A stretch of 64,000 bases of DNA from assembly GCA_036172245.1 (NCBI GenBank), contig JAYWIR010000014.1:3038001-3102000 (forward strand), given 5' to 3'. This document shows, piece by piece, positions 26,400 to 38,100 of the stretch (positions within the stretch are counted from its first letter, which is position 1; each line of letters begins with the position of its first letter). Made by a program: the position numbers and the translations under genes. The notes beneath the pieces were generated by a model, which did no database searches, had not been told where the DNA came from, and was given only the letters and a program-made list of their open reading frames with translations. This DNA is from Raillietiella orientalis. Lineage: Eukaryota.

Positions 26400-27370
26400 G
26401 AGTCACTGTGGTGCGGTCCATGAAAACAAAAACAAAAAAATCAGTGGGACAATTTGAGTTTTATAAATGCGGAGCGTGCATATCGTATCAAGAAATATGC
26501 GATTCATATGCTCGAAACGAATGCAATCCATGTTCTTCAAAGCAATCTGTTTTACTTAGTTGTGCTATGTACACTCGATGTTCGCCTCATTCAAATCCAA
26601 GTCTCCAAAACTCCAAATATTATTCAATACCAGAAAAAAATCCTCGGTTGCTACTGTTACTGGCATTTTCTGTATTGATTTTAAATTGAAATAAGGAGTT
26701 TTTCAGTTTAAATACAGTTCTGTAACACCATTTAAGGTTATGGAAGATGAGTTGAAAGAAGAGACACCGGGATTTTTAGATTTATTCAAATTGTATTTTG
26801 TACAACTTCGGTGGAATTTGCTTCTTAGAAGTTTGGATCAAATCGGTGTACTTGTTATTTCGTGTAACTTCATTTCTCAAATATCAAGGTCAAGGTCTCC
26901 TGAGTAATACTAACAAGCAGGTTTTGAACTTAGCACAAATACCATCCTGCAACTGACCAAACGATCAGTGTTACCAAAGCATTGTATAAGCATTGTGCTA
27001 TGTCGCCTGGTGCTTCACTCAATGTCACAGACGACCTACAACAAGTTAAATGCTTATGCCACATAAACTGCAACTTTGCCTTAATCTCGATGCTACTGGG
27101 ACGAAACATCTTTAGGGATACTCCCAACTATTGGATGCGAGAACCCTACAACTTTGCACACATACCTCCAACAGATCCCATATGGAAGCTGCCAAGGGAT
27201 CACCCACATCTAACCAGGAATACTGCACCAAGGAAAAATAAGGAAGCTTGGCTCTGCGGCTACTTCACAAACGACGAAGACAATTCATGCGAAAAGCAAG
27301 TTCAAATTTATTCTTACCACAAAAACGATGTTCGGTGGTATATGAACGAAACCAAAACGGTGAGGATCAT
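26400..27370 (+). mobile_element. Decayed Ty3/Gypsy integrase remnant
   Basis: SYARNECNPCSSK (zinc-binding CxxC-like) followed by YHPATD (YHPQTNG-like, ~26940) in the order expected for a Gypsy integrase; very degenerate. Confidence 0.4.
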
Positions 27371-27699
27371 TTGATATACCGAAACATTGCTGAATTCCTT
27401 GAAGTATAAAATGATTTTTTTTATAGATGAATCATCGATGAACTTGTCTGAATTTTCCAATTTACGTTTGAAAATGAGTGCTAGGCTATATTTGTGCTAA
27501 CTGGATAAGTATTTGTAAAAGGTCGTTCATTTGTATAATGCATTACTAAAAACAAGCGATTTCCTAAATTAGAATGGAAAGCGATGGATGTGTTTAGTGC
27601 TTTCAGCTCTTGAAAAAGTAGTCACGATTTCTAGTTCAGGAACAGGATTAATAGATTTTTTCTCTTTTTTTTAGTCTTGGTTTTAACCTTTTTAGGCTT

Positions 27700-30000
27700 G
27701 AAAGGCATGCCTCAGTACTATTCTTGTTTACTTGTGCCATTAGAAAAGTTTCCTGTATAAAACATTTTGGGGAATGGAACATTTAGAGGAACATCCCAGC
27801 AACCATTTGGTTAGTTGGGATAACTCAATCGAGAGTGTAATAGAACCGTGTTTTCTTTATGAATGAGATGTTCAGACAAGACATTCATGAGAACTGGGTC
27901 ATTTGAGTTCTAGAAATAAGATTTTTATTTGTATGAACCAAATTTCTGATATTCAAATGTTCTAACATTGGAGCCTGTTAGATCATAACAAGAAGAACAT
28001 TCAATACGCTCCCTTGTATGATCTCCATCCTAGATGATTGAGAATTAAGCTTTTAGAATTTACAATGATAAATATCTCCTTTAGTAACCTAACACCTCTC
28101 GTGTAACCGATCCAACGGTAGTTGGTCGCAGAGAAGACATTGATTGCTATGAAAAATTCTCGTCCCCTGATGGTGCCTATGACATCATTAATCAAATTTT
28201 GGAGTGTTGATCATTTTCACATCTTCCACTTTGAGAAATCCTGGGGAAGATTGCGTATTTTCGGTGGGCGTGAAAATAGCTGCAAGGGGCTTCTTTTCTA
28301 GAATTTCCTTTTTTCTGGGATTGGCTTTGAATTGAAAGGTGCTCTTCGTTTTCTTGGAGAAAAGTCCAAATTGCTCACTGGTCGAAGAGTCAGAGAGCAC
28401 ATGAGAAGTAGAAGGGCGAATGTTTATGTGCTACCCTCCCCATTGCATTCTGTGTTGCAGACGAGGTGGTCACATGAGAAGTTCACCTACAACGGTATGA
28501 GGGAATAAAAGTGCCGATTTCGAACTTCGGCTCACTCTGTAAAGGTGGTTTAGCAAACTGAAACTGCTGCTTGCTTTTTCGTCACTTCCACTCTATTGAT
28601 CACACACTACACTTTGATCAGTGGAGCTTCGTGAAAGATCTTTCCTTTTTATTTCACTTCTCGCTCCGGTATTCAAGATCATCTGTGTTTTCTGATAAGG
28701 CTGTGCAAAATACGGATGTAGATTCTGTTTCTTTGCAACAGCAGAAATTTCTCTCACCGGCCTCTTCCTCTTCATCAGCTGAAGCTGGAGCGGATGGTTT
28801 TGCCAAGACGGAACCGTCTGCGCCAGAAAAATGCCCTTTCCTGATCACTCTGGAGATGGGAGATGGCGGACTGTGAGTCCCGGCGGCTGCCTCAAAGAGA
28901 GTCGTTCGGATTCGTCCGAGAACTGTGCACCGTCCTTGTTTAGAGCAGGAAGAAAGAACAGGTTCGACGGGATGTTACCTTCTCGACACAAGCAGTGCAG
29001 TGGAGTGGAGTCGGGAGGAGGGGTGGCGAAGAGATAGGAAGTCGACTGAGAGTGCGCAACTTCACAAGTCGGTTTACATCCGAGCAGAGTCTGCCCTCCA
29101 AGAAACCGCGTGCAGAAAGGGAACACTTGCTGCAACCCGGAAAGCTGCCAACTGCTGGGTTCCCTGTTGTTAAGGGACTCATGCCGGACGCACGCGAGGC
29201 ATTCCTCTTTCTCAATTTGCGTTGTGACCTCGGGATGGAGACATCAACATGGCTTGAAAGCGAGTTTCATGTGCACACCGCTTCTGCGGATGCATGGGGA
29301 GGGAGGGGCGGGGGGGGAGTGAGCAAAGATCAAGGCTGCTTTCATGTAAAGGACGTCCTGCTCAGCAACTGGAGGGAGACAGTCCCCTTCTATATGGGAA
29401 GTAGGCGGGAAGTTTGCTGCTCTTTCCCGGATCTGTGAGAAGTCAAAGATTGCAAAGAAGCATATTTGTAGGAAGGACCTTCTGAATCTTCACCTCCTGC
29501 ATTCTACGGTCGCATCGCGGCTCTTCTCGGGAAGCGTTGCTCGTCGGCTCCGACGCCGGCAACAGTCCCGGTTGCCTGCAGTCCCCAGGACTCTGAAAAG
29601 AGCGCGCTCCCAGGGGCTTGTCCAACTCGCGTTTGCTGCCGACCCCTGCCGGAGAGCAGCTGTGCGGAGTTGCGCACTCCGGTGACAGCGGTTCCTTCCT
29701 CTTCCGAGCAGGGTCCAAGGACCGACGGTGACTGGCCACGGACGGAAAGGAAGGGAAGAAATCTGGTCGCTCACTCTTCTCCTAGGAGGGAGTACGAAGA
29801 TCCACTCACCGGATGCGAGATGATCAGGAAGCGAGACAAGTCCCTTCGCGAGTCCCAAGGACTGTGCTTCCTCTTCTCTTTGCATGTCTGTGTCTGCACA
29901 CGGGACGACCAAAAGCCAACTCCTGCGGCGGAAGTTTTCAGGGGAACTCGGGGGAGGGAGGAGAGAAGAGGATACCCCTGAAATCCTACACTTTGATCTT
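27700..30000 (-). mobile_element. Tx1/L1-like LINE 5' part: ORF1 (zinc-knuckle remnants, S/T-rich tail) and start of the ORF2 endonuclease
   Basis: Knuckle-like GCSKCSLSARG and HCTAC..(E)GNI..TC near 28960-29140 share nucleotide similarity with 45780-45880. VFSATNYRWIG...LLKEIF and MEIIQG near 28010-28140 resemble the SxNxRG/DIxxLQE endonuclease start. Confidence 0.45.
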
Positions 30001-30502
30001 AGCCAAAAGGCCGAGAAGCGATCCCCTGAAATCCTGAAGGGATCTCCTGGTCTGCTCGCGGCCGCCACGTGGTGTAGGCAGGTGAACGCCTCCGGCGAAC
30101 CCTCCCTGCCTGCCGGAGGTGGAGAGGAGGGGGAAGACGAACGACGAGTCGCTCAAACTGTCGCCGCCGCCGCCGCTTCCGGTTTTCCAGACAGCTCGCG
30201 TGCATCATCCTTATCCGCTGAGGAACGCGGAGTCGTCGTCTTCCACGCGTTCCTCCCCCTCCTTCCTTCCCGGCTGCGGATGCAGCCGTGCGGTTTTCCG
30301 CCATCCTTTCTCGCTTGCGAGCGATGCGAGAGCCGCCGAACACGGATGGACTATGGGAAGGGAGGGAGGGGAACGCGCCCGAGAGCGGGGCACGCGTGCG
30401 CGACCGGCAGGAATTGCGTAGCCGCCGCCACTTGCGCCGGAGAGCTCGAGCCTGCCCCTTCCTCCCCCTCGCACGAGAGGGGGTGGTGCACGTGAGCGCG
30501 CT

Positions 30503-30526
30503 CGCACGCACGCACGCACGCACGCA
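30503..30526. repeat. (CGCA)6 microsatellite
   Basis: Six perfect CGCA units; a similar imperfect tract lies at ~62424-62452. Confidence 0.95.
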
Positions 30527-33500
30527 GGCAAGCACTTGCCCGTCCGCCCGCCCGCTCGCTTGCTGCGTGAGCCAACCGGTCTCGATCCTACGGTAGCGCG
30601 GTTCGGCGCGGGTTCAGTGCCCGCGCCTGCCGCTAGATGGCAGGCAGAGACTGCCCGGAGAGAGGCTGCTGCTGCCGCCGCCGCATGCGGGTGCGGCGCG
30701 GTCGCATTTCTCCTGCAGGAACAGGTGGGCCCGACGCTCGTGCAGCGCGCGCGTGCGCGCGCCGTTTCGCTTGAAAGCAGCGAGCGGCAGGGAGCGCATG
30801 TGCGCTCACCGCCGTGGAAACGGGCGCCAGCCGCACGAGTCGGAGCCAGCGAAGCGGTGGCGCTCCTCCTTGTCTGCCCTCCTCCTCCCCTTCCCGTCCT
30901 GCAACCGCCGTCGCCTCCTGCGAGTCCGGATGCGCGCTTCCAACCACGTGGCACCATGCACGGACGCCATTCGGAGGCAGTGGGGGGAGACGAAGGAAAG
31001 GATGAGCGACGGCCGGAAGGGGAGGGGGGGGGAGTCTGCCCAGAGTTTCCGAAAGCGACGGAAGACTCCTTTTTCCTAACCTCTCCCTAACCTCTCTTTC
31101 ACGCCTCTGGAGAGGGGGGGATGGATGGGGTTCGCTGGGCAGGGTCTTGTCGACCCTCCCCCTGTCGCCAAGTGCTACGCAGGGTGGGGTGGGAGGGCCG
31201 CCAAGGGGGGCGAGGACTAAGGAGGGGCAGCGCGAGGAGAAAGAAAGGAAGGGAAGAGGAAAGGTGACTTCGCCCGGCGAGACGGCAAGGCCCTCGTGTG
31301 TCTTCTGCGCTGGCGGGATTTCCCCTCCCGTCCCACCTTCCCCGAAAAACCGAGATGGAAAGGGAGGGGGGGGGGGGAAGTCTGACGTCACCCTCGCCGG
31401 ATGCCGCGCGACACGTCGCGGGGGCCGCTGTTCCCGAGGGGAAAGCCGCAGAGAGCAAGGAGGCTTCTCTCTAGCTTGCATCCTCATTCTAGCAGAATGT
31501 CTCTCCAGCCAATAAGAGTGCGGACTTTGAAAAAACAACGAATCAAAATCCGAGGAAATTGAGAGCATTCTGAAACGCTTTTCCATTGGCTCCGTGGACA
31601 GATACGGCCTGGGGTATGGTGACTGGGCTCAGGAGGGCTGCAGGCAGCTCGCCGTCCACTCGTGGCGAGTCGACGGCACGACGGACGACCTCGAAGCGCG
31701 CGCGATTTTTCCCGGAGACGGAACCGGTCGTGACCGTCGTCAGGGAGACGGCTTCGGAAGATTTCAGATGGGGGGGAAGGGCGCGATCGCGTCGGTCTCT
31801 CTCTGCGGTGGCGGCGGCGGCGGGACTCTCCGAGACCCACGCTTTTCCGCGCTGCCGCGTGGCGGCTGCTGCCGAGGTGCCGCGGCCGCCGCCTGCCTGC
31901 CTGCCTTCCGCTCCCGCGAGATGCATCCATTACGGGCACTGCCGAAGGGCAGCACCACCACCTGTGGCGGGCCTCCAGGAGCGCGGCCGCCACGCCTCTG
32001 GCCTGCTTCAGCCCCTCGGGTCGACCCCTCCCTTATGCCCCCCCCCCTCTGTTTCGCCCCGAGGAGCCTCTGCCCAGTCTGCCGCCTCCCAGCGGCAGGT
32101 GGCGCGTGTGCCCCGCATCAGCTCATTGGCGCGTGCTCAGCGTGCGTCGTTGCGAAGGAGAGGGGGAGGAGGGGCAGCGCGCAGGACCCGATGGAAGGGA
32201 GGGGTGGATCTGTGTTTCCCTGCCTAATTCTCCCTTATGGTGACCCGGAGCATCGGCGGGGCAGCGAGTCCGAGGACGGGCCCTGCGCGCTTCCTGGGAG
32301 CAGAGTGTAGTGGCCCGGGCGGGCGGGTGTGGATGGAACGGAGGACAGGAAGGGGGAGGAGGAGGGGACGCCCCTCCGCTCCAGGAGGCGCTGCGGGCGC
32401 GCGTCCTGCTCGAGGGCAAAAGACGCCGACAGCGTCTCTCGACGGCGGAGTTTCAGGAAGACCTCCTCGAGGGTGTGGAGTTGGGAGGTGGAGGGAGATG
32501 GCGCAGCGGGGTCACCGGCGGGCGAAAGCGCGCTTCTCCCGGATCGCCTGCCCGGGGGGGGAGACCTCACCGGGGTATCGCCCAGGGGACCACCCGCTTG
32601 CCCCCCTCCTGCCTCTGCGGTTTCCCGCTCTGCGCGGAGGATGCGGACGACGCGTTCCCGGAAGGGCGGAGGAGAACCACGCCGGATGGCCTCGCCCCCT
32701 CCCTCCGGCTCCTGTGAGGATCCCCACCCCCCATCCCCCCCACTCTCTTGCCCCGCCCTCGAAAGGGACCACGAGGCTCGCGTGTTCCTTCTCAGCGCAC
32801 GACCCCTCGCAGGGGGAGAGCCCGCGATCGGGGGACGGGGCGGAGATGGAGGCGTCTTTTAAGGGCGCAGGACCACCTGCTCCTCCTCTTCCTCTCCTCC
32901 CCGTCCTCTCCCTCCGGGCATCTCCGGGAAGGAGCTGGGAGAGGGGGGAGACAGTGAGCACCACCGTCTCTTGCAAGCAAGGATTCGGGGTCCTGGGATG
33001 GCGGCGGCGAGGATGGGGGGGAGGGGAAGCGCAGGGGGGGTGAGGAGCGTCTCGGGGAAGAGGGGCTTGGAGGGCGTGGAGCGATGCGGCCCGCCTTCGG
33101 GTGAACGAGGTTTCCGAGCGATGGAGTAGGAATGCAGGGCCGTCACCGGGGAAACGTCGCCTTCTGGAGAGTGGGCACTCCATCCCCTCCGGATTTCCCG
33201 GTTCGGAGAGATCCCAGGAGTTTCCGGTCCCGGAAGAGCGGTGCCCTTTCAGCAACTCCGCGGGAGGCGGCCTCGGAGGGAAGGGGGAGCCGCTACGGCT
33301 CCTACGTTGCCAGGACGGGTTGCAGAGGGGATCGTGGGCGCGCTCCATTGCGCGCAATCTGGGACTTGGGAGCTGTGAGAAGGAGGCGCGACGCTTCGAG
33401 GAGGGGGCGAGAGGAAAGGGAGGGAAGGGGCCATGCGGGCCGGCCGGCACGGCGGTCTCCATGGGGCGGCGCAACCTCTTCCTCCCCCCTTCTCCGTCGC

Positions 33501-35594
33501 CGCGAATGCTGCTGCCGACGCGCACGGCTGCACTCTCCATGGGCCGCGGTCGTCAGGAGACGACGACGACCCGCTCTCCAAGGGAGGCGCCGGGCGGCTG
33601 GGTGCGTGGGCGAAGTGCGCGTATCGGCGGCGATCTCGGGGGCTGCTCCTTGGCCCGTCGCCGGCTTCCTCTCGTGAGGGAAGGTCACGTTCCTCTGGGC
33701 GCGCGCGCGCGCCGGAGCGAGCCGCGTGACCTGGCGATCCGGGCGTCGGCCGTCGCGCAGCCGCCACCGCCGGGAGCCTCCGGAATGGGCGAGTCGCGAG
33801 TGGGACGGAGACCATCGTGGGTCCACTCTGCCTACTCTCTCTACCCCTCACCCCTCCACCCCACCCCTCGCACGTGTGAGCGGAGAGGCGGCACTCTCGC
33901 CGGAAGATGCTCGAAAAATGCGGCCGGAATTGCGAAGGACGCTCGACGGCGGCTCTTCTGTCTCCATGGCGTCGCGCTCTCCAGCTCCATCCCCCCCCCC
34001 CCGGACGGAGGAGGTCCCTGACGCCTGAAGGCGGCGGCAGGTGCCACAGGTGCCTTCAGGAGGAACGCGCGCGCGCGATACCCTGCGAGCTCGAGGAAGC
34101 CGGGGAGCGTGGGGGGGGGGAACTCCCTCGCCGATCGCCGCCGTTGCAGTCCGCTGCGAGGGGACTACCGGAGGGACGCTTCTGCATGGGGACACTGCAC
34201 CCCTCCTTTCGCCACGAAGAGCCCGACCCCCTCCCCGGTGCGGACGGATGGATCCGGGGAGAAGAAAAGAAAGAGGGAGGGGGCAGCAGGATGGCGTCGT
34301 GGGAAAGACGGGGAACGAGGGGAGGGGAAGAGGAGGGGGGGAGAACGGCGCGCCTGATCTTTCGCAAGATTGACCCCCAATCTCGAGATCATCATCATCA
34401 TCGCGGTCGATAACGGGAGAGATGAGCGGGAAGTTCCGACGAAAAGGTTTCCCTGGAGACGGCGAGAGATCCAGCGTCCGTGCGGCAGCTGCAATTCTGG
34501 ACTCTCGAAGGACGCAGGACCGAGGGTGGCAGCGGCACCCAGACAGCAGCACCGGGCGGATGGGACTCCGGAGATCGGACTGCAAGGCGTGCTCGAAAAA
34601 AAAAGAAAAGAAAGAAAGAAAGAAATCCTCAAAATGATTCTCCTCCCCCGATCCTTCTGGCAGCCGCAGCCGCGTCCCCGCTCTTGCTTCGACAGAGCCA
34701 GAAGGACGAGCAAGACGCGCCAGCAGCAGAGGGAAGTCCAAAGGACGGGAGAGAGTGGAGTTGCCATTTTGTTCCAGCAAGGAGGGCAGGACCTGGGGAG
34801 TCTTTCCCTCCCCTCCCCTCCCCTAAGCGTCTGCACCTCCCCCTTCGCGGAAGATCTCGAGGATGGCCGGAGACGGCAAGTCCTCTCTGCCCGTCCACGT
34901 GATCAAAACATCCGGATCTGCTGCCGTTCGATCTCACGCGTGAGTATTCCTCTTAAGGGCCGCTTCAGCCTCTCTTCGAGTGTGCATCATCATCCCTTTA
35001 ATCGCTGATCCGAGCTCGGCTGTTAGCATTCGTTGCAGGAGGAAGAAATCTCCGTCTCGCAAGAGGACGTCTCACGACGTTACTCGCCAATTAGTTCTGA
35101 TCCGTTTGAGAGGCCCCGCGTATCCGTCTCTTTCGAGAAGGGATCCAGAAAAACGCCCCCATAAAGCAGGAAGCGTCTGACGGAACGCCGGTGGGTCCCG
35201 CGATAAAATGAGGGGGCCGGTCGAGTGCGTGGATCGTTCGCTCGTTTTGTGTTTTGTTTTTGTGTGTACGTGCGCGCGTGTCTCCAAGGAGATAGGCCCG
35301 CCAACAGCAATCGAGGCGACCGGCGGAGGCAAGCCGCTGCGAAGTACTTAGGCTTATCGGGTAGCCCCGATGGCAGCACGCGCGCCCCGTGCGCGCGCGA
35401 GGCGGAGGCGCGGCATGGAAACGCACGTCCGGGATACCTGGGGCCGCTGCAGAGCTGCACCGCGGTCAGCTTTCGGCGGCAGACATCTGACCGGATGAAT
35501 TACGGCTCCAATCTTTCACGGCCCAGCGTCCGTGGGAAGTTGGAAACTTCGCCTGGTCCCCGGAGAAGCTTAGGACGGATACGTGGCAACATCT

Positions 35595-35850
35595 CAGTTT
35601 GATAGTGATAAGCCAATTTAATTTAATGCGCTCTCGTTCCCTTGCTCCCCTCACCTGATTAATAATTCGCGGCGACAATCCAGGGAAGTATCCCCCCCGC
35701 TCTCGCTCCCCCCCCGGTGATCATTATTTATTAAGTCTCGAAAGGTGTTTGATCAATCTCAGTCCTGAGCGTCGACTCGCGAAACGCTTTATTTATGAGA
35801 TTTTATGTAGCAGGTCATTTGGCGATCATTACTCTGTAAATGGATAGGTG
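35595..35850. promoter_or_regulatory. Candidate developmental enhancer (homeodomain-site cluster)
   Basis: AT-rich island in GC-rich DNA with many TAAT/ATTA sites, TGATTAAT, TTTATTTATG, TTTTATG, a CACCTG E-box, an AGGTCA half-site and GATA motifs; no TE-like translation seen. Confidence 0.4.
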
Positions 35851-36849
35851 CGGAGTGCATGCGGCGAAAGGAGGGTGTTGATACGTGAGACGACCGGGGG
35901 GTAGCAGGATGGGTCCCTCCCTCACGGTGAACGGAGTGGGTCGGTTTGGCGCGTTGCTATTACTGCCGGTTCCCGGCCTCCGCTGGCGTGCAAGTCAGTA
36001 CTGCGGAGACTCGCAGGGCGCAGACGGCGGAGATTCCGGGAAGAGTCGCGGGGACAGGAGGGGAGGAGGAGAACAGAAGCGCCTGCGGGTATCGTGACAG
36101 GGATGCGACTGATGGGCGGCGGCGCCAGCTACGAGTCGTAAGAAGGGAGATGTCGGTAGGATTGAGTTGCCTTGTGGTGTTTCGGAGATCGGAAGAAAGG
36201 GTGTGCCGGGCTATGGAGGTTCCGCCCTCCGAGTGTGATGAGGATTAGGGAATGCAATGTGTGTTGGCGTGTAGAGCAAGTGCGAAGAAAGTGGTCTGGG
36301 CAGCAAGAGAGGGGGCGGCTGCCTCCCCCCCCCCCCAAAGGCTTTGGCGTGATCGTGACGGGTGCATCCGTTGCTGTTTCGCACGTGGTGGCGATAGCGT
36401 CAGTTATCCGGTGCTGCCGTATCTTCGCAGCCGCTTCCTGCCTTCGCCTCCGGCTTGCTGATTACCTCCTTCGGGCAAGGAGGAACTTTCCTCCTCGGTG
36501 GAAGGCTGGCATACGCCTTACGGGCGGCTTCCTTTTTTCTTGACAGCTTTTGGTGACGGTGACGGTTTACGGGGGTCACTCTCTTCGCTGCCGCTTACGA
36601 AGCAGCTGCCCCTACGGAGGTGCTCTTAGACACCTCCTCCTTCTTGACTGCGGATGGACGCGATGGAGACAACGACGGAGCGGTGACTTCTTGCTCGCGT
36701 CCTTACCTTTTGCCTGAAAGACAGCGTCCGGGAGCGCGACCGTCTCCAAGGCACTTGTTGTAGTCAGCGATCACGTGCTTCTTGTTGGCTCCCATCTTCA
36801 TCCTTTTCTCTTTAATCGGTGCGACTGCGGGATCCACGGGTGGTGGTCC

Positions 36850-37450
36850 AGCGGATGCTTCCAGTGGATTTTTCCTGAGATACTGCTTCCTTCCCCTTCA
36901 ACTCCCGAGATTCGCCACTTCTTCCAGTGGCACGCTCCATTCTCTGCATTCCGCTTTGCGAAGGCTCTCATCTCTTCTTTCTTCCAGAGCCGTCGACGTG
37001 TCTCGAAGGATGGTGGGGGGGCGTGTGGTCGAAGGGGTCAGGAGGCGTGTTCAGGTGTGGTGACCACCGGCTCTTCGATCTGCAGCATTAGCCGGAGGCC
37101 GGAGAGTAATATCCCGGGAAATCGGTCGGCTGGAAACCCTCTCCCCCCATCCCCAACCTGACCGTCCTCCGCCATCCCCTTGAGCTCGCCCACCGGCTCG
37201 TGTGCTGTTTGGTGTTTGCCAGCGAAAGAGTGCTCGCGCTGAAGAGTCTCCTCCTCTCGGATTCGCGCATGCCTCCTGCACGCGCCACCGGCACTGTCCC
37301 TGCCGGATGTGGTCCGTTCTACAATCAATTCCTTCCGAGCCCCCCTGGGGGGGGGGGGGATTGGCTGGAAGAGCGCGCGGCGGCGCCGATTGACGCGAGA
37401 CACGGCTTGGTCGTGGTGTGGTGGCCCTCTTGAGCGAGGGACACCGTGCT
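36850..37450 (-). mobile_element. Tx1/L1-like ORF1 remnant
   Basis: ...DGQV...FPGILLSGLRLMLQIEEPV resembles the ORF1 pattern GxV..PGIxxGxRxxxMxLxxP. Confidence 0.4.
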
Positions 37451-37499
37451 TCATTCCTCACGCCCTGACCCTCCGATGCGGCGAGCTCTTTCCGCTTGT

Positions 37500-38100
37500 C
37501 GCCGGTCTATGGTGAGTCCTCCTCCCCTCCGTTTCTATTCGGTCATTCCTGCATGTCGCCTGCATGCGGCTGGACGCCCGTCTCCCTGCATCCCACGGGC
37601 TTCTCACGCCGTCGGCGGGCTGGACGAATTCGCCAGCGGCTGTGCCCGTCACGAATTTTCCCGTAATCGCGACCCATTGGAGCCATCTGAATTCCTTTTC
37701 CCCATCACTGAGCGAGAGATGTCCCGGGTGAGGTTTCTTGACCTCCGGATCCGGACTCGTGCGCCAACAGCTCGGAGCAGCTGCGAAGTTGGCTGCGCAG
37801 CCCCTCGCCCGTGAGGCTCGGAGAACCAACGCGCGCTCTGGAATCCAGGGGGCATCCATGCCCCGCACGGCTCGCTCAGGCACTTCTTGGCGGTCCTACC
37901 TAGCTTTGGCGTTCAGGGAGGTCCACTGACTACTCAGCCTCGAACGCCTCAGGTGTGTGGCAGTGCACAAGGCTTGGGAAGAAGTTCTTCCGGCTTCTGA
38001 ACACGGGGGCAGGCGCAGGGTCCAAAAAGCGGAATGCCTTGGACAGCAGTTGATCTTCGAAGGGCTAGCTTGGGAAGATTTTTTCTCCGGTTGATTTTCG
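37500..38100 (+). mobile_element. Tx1/L1-like RT C-terminal remnant
   Basis: LDEFASGCARHEF...VRFLDL (FxxxSGxxIN..KYLG-like) in ORF 37446-37814. Confidence 0.45.
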
